From positions 58,404,001-58,468,000 of the forward strand of contig NC_042997.1 in assembly GCF_006345805.1 (NCBI RefSeq): DNA of 64,000 bases, in the 5' to 3' direction. The notes under the pieces were generated by a model. The model was not told the origin of the DNA, did not search any database, and saw nothing but the letters and a program-made list of their open reading frames with translations. This DNA is from Octopus sinensis (taxonomy: Eukaryota). Each line of letters opens with the position of its first letter. Positions within the stretch are counted from its first letter, which is position 1. This document shows positions 56,517-64,000 of this stretch, piece after piece. Both the position numbers and the translations under genes were made by a program.

Positions 56517-57296
56517 GCTTGTCTGTCAGTCTGTCTGGCGAGCTGGGTGGATGGCTAAATCTATCTGTTAAGTTTCAACGAGCCCTTAACCTCAGTACTT
56601 TCAGTCATACATACATACATACATACATACATACATACATACATAAGCACACACACATACACACATACATATACACAAAACTGCGACTAACATTGTGAGC
56701 GACTATCAATGATAGATCAAGACAACTCAGAAAAACCATAAAATCACGTCGACAGGTAATTCGTGGACAAATAGTTAGTCTATCGCAAAAAGCCGAAGAC
56801 TTCTCTATCCCTGAGTATGAACCTGTTACTTAGACTATGGTACTTGCCTTACAGAGTAGACATCAGTCATTGTAATACGGCGATGATTCCTTAATGATTC
56901 CTTCCATTTATGTGCTCTTTTAAACCCATGTGAGTAGCAGCGCCTTTATATAACGCTTTACGTAAACCCATGAAAATTACGGTAACCCCAGTAAAATACT
57001 TTTGCCCTTCTCAACAGTGCTGTTTGCTGTATACCCCGGCTAACCATTAAATAGTTTTGTAGTCCCCACATCACTTTATGGGTTTTTAAATTTTGCTCTA
57101 TTTCATATTAATTGATTTTTGTTTTGTTGTACTCCATTTTTACCCAGTTAAACCTCGTATCAGAGACCTTTTCCTATCGTACGGGTGCAGCAGCAAGGGT
57201 ACAAATGAGGTTACTAATCAAATGCATATGTAAATGCTCGACCGACAGACAAACTAAGTGAGATAACGCAGGAAAAAAAAAATATTTATAAGTATA

Positions 57297-57681
57297 CGTG
57301 CAAAACGCCCCCGTCCAATGGACGGTGCTGAGTTGTCAAATATTTAAACCAATTTTCTCAAAACAACTTGTCCGACCGTCCCATTTTGTGACATTATTTC
57401 AAGCCAGCCGGCTTTTTATGCCCAAACTGCACGTGCAGTTTTCTCGCGTACGCGTAGTATCGATCGCAACAGCTGATGTACTTGCGCGTACAAATTCACG
57501 TTCCCACGGCTTTATTGATGGCATTCTCACCTGGAATCAATTTTTGTAATTTTTTCAAGACTTATGCATGCCCTGATACCGTCGGTATCTACATATCAAA
57601 TTTGAGCGCAATCGGATGGAGGATGCCCGAGATCCTAGAAGACACACAGACAGACAGACAGAACGGATTTTATATAATAGA
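57297..57681 (-). mobile_element. Non-autonomous Helitron-like element
   Basis: Minus strand: A|TCTATTATATAAAA start followed by (GTCT)n; subterminal hairpin CCGTCCATTGGACGG 10 nt before a CACG|T end (canonical end is CTRR). Confidence 0.65.
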
Positions 57682-58600
57682 TGTGCATGCATATATACGT
57701 TTATAGATACATTGTAGAAATGTATCTGCTGACTGGGAACTGCTCACAATTGTAAGTATATGTGATTGTGTGTCGAAGTCGAGTATACATGAGTGAGATA
57801 AGCAAAAGTATGTAGAAATATATGTTAAGTCAGTGGACCACTTGGATGTTTAAAAAGTCATATTTTCATAACTGAATACTATTAGGAATTGTATAAAAAA
57901 TTAAAATATTTTGTGCATTATAGGAGTATTACCAATTCATTGCACATACATTTTAAGAACGACCCCAAGGGCCTTATGGACCCCGGTTGAGAACCAATGT
58001 ACCATGATACGCTCCATGTGATAATAAGTATTGATAAGGTTTTATTTTATTTATTCCTTATTCCTCCATTATTCATGATTCATCTACTTTATTCGCTGCC
58101 GTGTATTATTAACAGATGTACATGTTAATGTGTATGCACTTCGGGAAGATAACCACATATGTATACGTGTATTCAGTGATGTAGAAGTCATATATATGGG
58201 TACGTAAGGGTGCAAGTTAGTGCTTGAGTGTATCAAATCAAATAAGTTATTTGCCATGTTTTGCTCCAATTTTCTATCCAGTGATACCACTGACTCTACT
58301 TTTGACTCTACTTCCTTTTGATTTTATGCCCATGGTCTTAAATTCATAGTTTCGTTATTTTACTTATTTTAAATTATAACTTCCGTGAGAGCGGTCTGAC
58401 TTTTACCATACTAACATCACGTCAGCGCGTAATTTATGTTAAGCAATCAGAAGATACCGGCTCCGCCCAGTTAATCAAAGATACTGGCAGTCTCAATCAG
58501 TTTGATTCTGGGTAACCGAATAAAATTATGTTCCACCACCTGGTATTTATTTTTTTCATACGAGCGTCACAACGTCACAATTATTGTGTATCATATACAA

Positions 58601-58631
<31 letters not shown>

Positions 58632-59102
58632 GTGGTGGTGGTGGTGGTGGTGGTGGCGGCGGCGAGTGAAAAAAAAACGTCTTTCATCGCTCGCTGGATT
58701 CAAACACTGCGTCTGTTGCAAACCGTATGATGATGGTAGTCTGCCGTGGTCCCAGAAAGATGGTTCTGCAATTTCTTGCTGAACAACCCGCACAAATGAT
58801 TTATTTATATCAAATTTATGCACTGTACATTAGCTCGCTCTTTCCATCAAATCGACGTTACCTGAACAGGTTTACGGTGCACCACACGTCAGGTGTCGAA
58901 GTGATCACAGGGCAACGTGAGATAAAGTGTTTTGCTGAAGAGCACGGTGCAACACCTGGTGTAGGAATTGAAATCATGATCTCGCGATTGTGAGTGCAGC
59001 ACCTTAAACACTAGGCCATGCGCCCTCACTTTTAAACCGTAGAGTAGTGCTGATATACACGCATGCATCCATACGCACACAACCAGACACAGACATACAT
59101 GT

Positions 59103-59151
<49 letters not shown>

Positions 59152-60108
59152 AACACATTCATATACATACATGTATACATATATACACACATAGGTATAT
59201 ATGTGGATATATAAAATATATGAAGTGTTTTGCCCAAGAACACAACGCGTCGCACGGTCCAGGAAACGAAACCACAATCTTATGATCATGATGCTGACAC
59301 CCTAACCACTAGGCCACGCGCCTCCACACATATAAAATATACAAACATACATATACATACACATACAACCACACAGACACATACATAGACATACACAGAC
59401 ACACAGACACTCACAGAGACACACAGAGACACACGAGATATCAAGACTTTCAGAGAAGTGTACATATATCTATGTATCGTGCGAAAAATGTCTATATAAA
59501 TTGTATGTAGGTCGAGTTAGTCTGAACTAGTTAGAACTAGTTTACTGAAGTATCTACTGCACCGAGAGAATATCCATAAATCCGTACATATACATACATA
59601 CGCAAATACACACAAATAGACACACACACAAACTTATGTCAAAGGAGACATAAACGATTAGTGTAATCCACCCAAAATTATAATTTTAAAGACAGTAGAT
59701 GTTAAATACGTAATACATTATAACATGTACTCACTAACTCATGCTAATGTCTCTACAGAAACTATTTTATATTATAAACGGTTGAGATATTTTTATAATG
59801 TAAACTTACGTAATAGAAATACAAGAACAACCTTAGGAAACGGAAAAGAACTGCTCCAGCTGTGGACGTGTACATATGTCATTATAAGTGTATGCATCTT
59901 TATTTTCCAGGTTCTATTTTTTTCAGTTTCACACCAGAGAGAAAGCCAGTTTATTACATGTACATATGTACGTATGTGTACACAGATACATGAATGCAGG
60001 TATGAATGTCAATGTATATATAGTTTTGCGCGTGTGCATATATGTATACACACATAGACACACACACACACACACGCGCGCGCGTACACACACACACACA
60101 CACACACA

Positions 60109-60684
60109 GCCGAGATCGACTTTGCCTTTCATCCTTTCGGGGTCGATAAATTAAGTACCAGTTACGCACTGGGGTCGATGCAATCGTCTTGATCCGTTTG
60201 TCCTCTCTGTGTTTAGCCCCTTGTGGGTAGTAAAGAAATAGGTATTTCGTCTGCCGTGACGTTCTGAGTTCAAATTCCGCCGAGATCGACTTTGCCTTTC
60301 ATCCTTTCGGGGTCAATAAATTAAGTACCAGTTACGCACTTTCGTCCTTTCGGGGTCGATAAAATAAATACCAGTTGAATACTGGGGTCGACATAATCGT
60401 CACATCCCCACCTTGCCCAAGCTGCCCTTGTTGCAAATATTTGAAATGGTTATTATTATCATCATTATTATCATTATTCTTAAGGCGAGCATGCTGGCAG
60501 AATCGTTAGAGCACCGGATGAAATACTTATCAATATTTACGTTCTGAGTTCAAATGCCGCCAAGGTCTTTACCTTTCATCCTTTCAGGGTCGATAAAATA
60601 AGTACCAGCAGAACAGTAGGGTTGGTGTAATCGACTTATCCCTTACTCCAAAATTGCTGCCCTAGTGGCAAAATTTGAAACCAT
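60109..60684 (+). mobile_element. Cluster of SINE B tandem bodies
   Basis: At least four CCTTTC.GGGTC.ATAAA units; similar copies at about 49578-49775, 54462-54672, 55506-55697 and 63338-63770. Confidence 0.75.
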
Positions 60685-61243
60685 TGTTGTTATTATTATT
60701 ATTATTATTATTGAGTGAGAGAGCAGTATCCATCATGACTACCCGTCTCATAAAGGTACATCACGTGCATGTATCACAGCCATATGTACGCTACAGATTA
60801 ACCTCATATCAAGATAAATAGCGCATGACCTTGCAGGTGGGGGCCTAGTTGGAATTTTCTTCGGGTCGAGTAGCCCATTCTGCTCAAAAGGTCTCTGAAC
60901 AAGCATTGTTTAATGATGATAAACCTATGTTTCCAGAGAAGAATTATTCAAACGCGAAAGAATTCCTCGCAACAGATGACTACGATGCTCATCCGCTACT
61001 CCTGCTAGTGATCAGAGAGGCCCCTGTCGTCAGCCACTAAGTGACACGCTCAATTCATTAAGGTCAAGTAACTGACAGGCATATCTGAGGTATTCAGCAA
61101 GAATATTTTTTTGTAGCCTATCTTTTATACCAACAAAGAACATGTATATGTTAACACTTCCAACTAGTTAAGCTCAGAAGTCATGAGAGCTTCTGCCTGG
61201 TATCATCATCGTCGTCGTCGTCATCATCATCATCACCGTCATC

Positions 61244-61276
<33 letters not shown>

Positions 61277-61561
61277 TACAGTAATAAAAATAACGACAAT
61301 AAAATAGTAAAGAATTGGCTGCCAAAAGCGATAATGAACTGGACAGAAAGCTTTCAAAAATTTTGTTGCAAACTTGTGCATATTTTTTCATCTCCCTGCA
61401 ATTGCCAAACTAAGAAGATTACTTATATCCTGCGGTTAATTTGATAATTATAATCGTTTCCAACATAGCTTATTTTTGTACTCACTGTTATCCTAAATAA
61501 TCGTCTATAGCAATATCTATCTATCTATCTATCTATCTAGCTATCTATCTGTCTGTCTGTC

Positions 61562-61593
<32 letters not shown>

Positions 61594-61633
61594 GCTATCT
61601 GTCTGTCTATCTCTATCTATCTATCTATCTATC

Positions 61634-61689
<56 letters not shown>

Positions 61690-64000
61690 CACTTAAATCA
61701 TATATGCATGCAAGTGCATGTGTGTGTGCGTGTGCGTGTGTATGTATGAAGACATATATATATATATATATGTATGTATGTATATACGTATAAATGCAAA
61801 TATTATACTCTATATATCATTTTAAGAATGTTATATACACAAAATTACATATAATACACGTTAGATATAGCGTTTATATTGTGTATAAAAATATATAATA
61901 TAAATATGTTATATGTATGTGAGTGCGTATGTGTGTATATTTATATGCATGTTATGTATGTATGTATGTATGTATGTATGTATCTATCTATCTACACACA
62001 TATATATATATCAGCCAATCACAGGATTTCAAAATCTTCCTACTAACAGCTTCTGAAAGCTTGTTATTAACGTATACATATACATCATACACACACACAC
62101 ACGTACATATACTTATAGGCGGTAGTATTAGACCGCACAGTGGATACAGTCTACTTCACCCATATGTGTGTGTGGTGTGGTGTGTGCGCGCGTGCGTGTA
62201 CATATTTGTGTGTGATTGTGTGTGTGTGTGTGTGTGTTTGTGCGTGCTAATCATTGACCACATTCGCAGTATCTTGTATGTTTGGTAGTAAGTACTTTGC
62301 TAATTGGAACTCCATTATTTTTAATTTCAAACATTTTACATGCAATATCATTAACTTTTAACTGTAGCCAAAAGCTATGTTTTGATATCCTTGCTCGTAT
62401 GATTATGCATAAATAAATGTCAATATCCCAGCAGTATTTCTGTTAACTCTTTTACTGTGGATATCCACGCGAAATTTTATTACTCTTAACTGCGCAAAGG
62501 AATTTTACATACCAATCTACCTTCTGTTGAAGAATGTCATGTTTGAAACTGTTTTTTTGTTGAAAAATGTCAAGTTTATTGGGACTAAATAACTTGCAGA
62601 ATCTACCAATTCTAATTTTTGGTAAATATTTAACATCATTAGTGAAATAAGCAGGAATTTTTTTCAGTCAAACGGTTTCGAACGTCTAAAGGAAATCCAA
62701 CCGACCACTATTCAATTTATTAAGCTCATTGACTGAAAGATTGTTGAAATCGAATTTAAAAGCTTGCACCTCTCGACGCAGTTTCCATCAATATCAGTGG
62801 CAAACTGTTTATATAAAATTATTTATACTGGACGAAGTTTATCACAGCGTCGCTCAGCGTCACTTGCAGCTACTGCTCATTTACAATGTCAAGCCTTGTC
62901 TGAAAACAGAAATTTCGTCCTGTAAAGCATATGAGTAGTTCCTTATTTCATAGCGCAGAGTTGAACACTTCTGGATGTATTGACCCCACCTATCTTCACA
63001 AAGTACACTATACTTAAATTAATATTTTTATAAACAAAAACTTAGTGGAATTTAATAAAGAATAAGAAAGCATTTAAGTGTTTTAAGTAATCTAGTTTGA
63101 TATGTTATTGCTCTTAGTTCAAATGATTGCGAAATAAAAACGCAAATGAGACTTTTGTCTTAGATATTGACAAAAGAAATTAGTAATCTTTTACCAAAAT
63201 ATACAGTACTATATATTTACATAATTTATACAATGTTATTGAAATCGTTCGACTGGCAACCTTAAGAATTATATTTTGTGAATATGTATTTTGTTCATAT
63301 ACATGCGATATAATAACCACTAAACTAGTAGCCTTGGTTGAGCTGGCAGAATCTTTAGAACGTCGAAAAAATGCTTTGCGGTAGTTCTTCCGACACTTTA
63401 TATTGTAAGTTCAAATTCCGACAGGATTAACTTTCATTCTTTCGGGATCGGTAAAATAAATTACCAGTCAAGTACTGGGATTGATATAATCGATTAACTC
63501 CCTCTCACTAAAACTGTGCCAAAATTTGAAACGATCATTATTATCATTAGTAGTAGCGTGGCGAGCGAACCGAATCGCCAGAGCGTCGAAAAAATGCCTT
63601 GCAAAATTTTTCGATACTTCACGCTTTGTATTGAAATCTCACCGATCAGCTTTGCCTTTCATCCTTTCGAGTCGATAAAATGCAGTACCAGTCAAGCACT
63701 GAGATCGATATAACCGACTTGCCTCTCCCCTCAAAATTGTTAGATATGTGCCAAAATTTGAAACCGTTATTATTATGAATAGTGTTTCTGGAGAAGTAGT
63801 GCTAGTGTTATATCACTGATAACGGAGTTGTAGGTTTTGCCTGCACGTCGATCTATATATGTTTTGCGTGAATTTGACAGTGAAATATTGCTAAACAAAT
63901 TTTAAGAGAATTCTTTTGTGAGAATTGAAGAATTGCCCACCCATTCATAACTCAGTGAAATTTGGACAGATATATTGACAAATTACAATCTGGAAGAATG

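Overview
AT-rich, microsatellite-dense animal DNA, almost certainly an octopus intergenic or intronic region (inferred from the SINE families and repeat landscape). I found no convincing host exon; nearly all supplied ORFs are microsatellite or SINE artefacts. Recognisable mobile elements are a 5'-truncated Naiad-type Penelope-like element (PLE; RT + GIY-YIG) ending in a hammerhead ribozyme, an internally deleted Mag-like Gypsy LTR element with intact termini, a D,D34D mariner plus mariner/pogo MITEs, CRE-like and R4/Dong-like LINE fragments, a non-autonomous Helitron and three tRNA-derived SINE families. The striking signal is about a dozen type I hammerhead ribozyme (HHR) motifs in mutually unrelated sequences. 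Most have a palindromic stem III, and many lie in divergent inverted-repeat cassettes embedded in microsatellites. A SECIS-like hairpin also abuts the Naiad HHR. All structures were read by eye, and approximate boundaries may be off by several bases.
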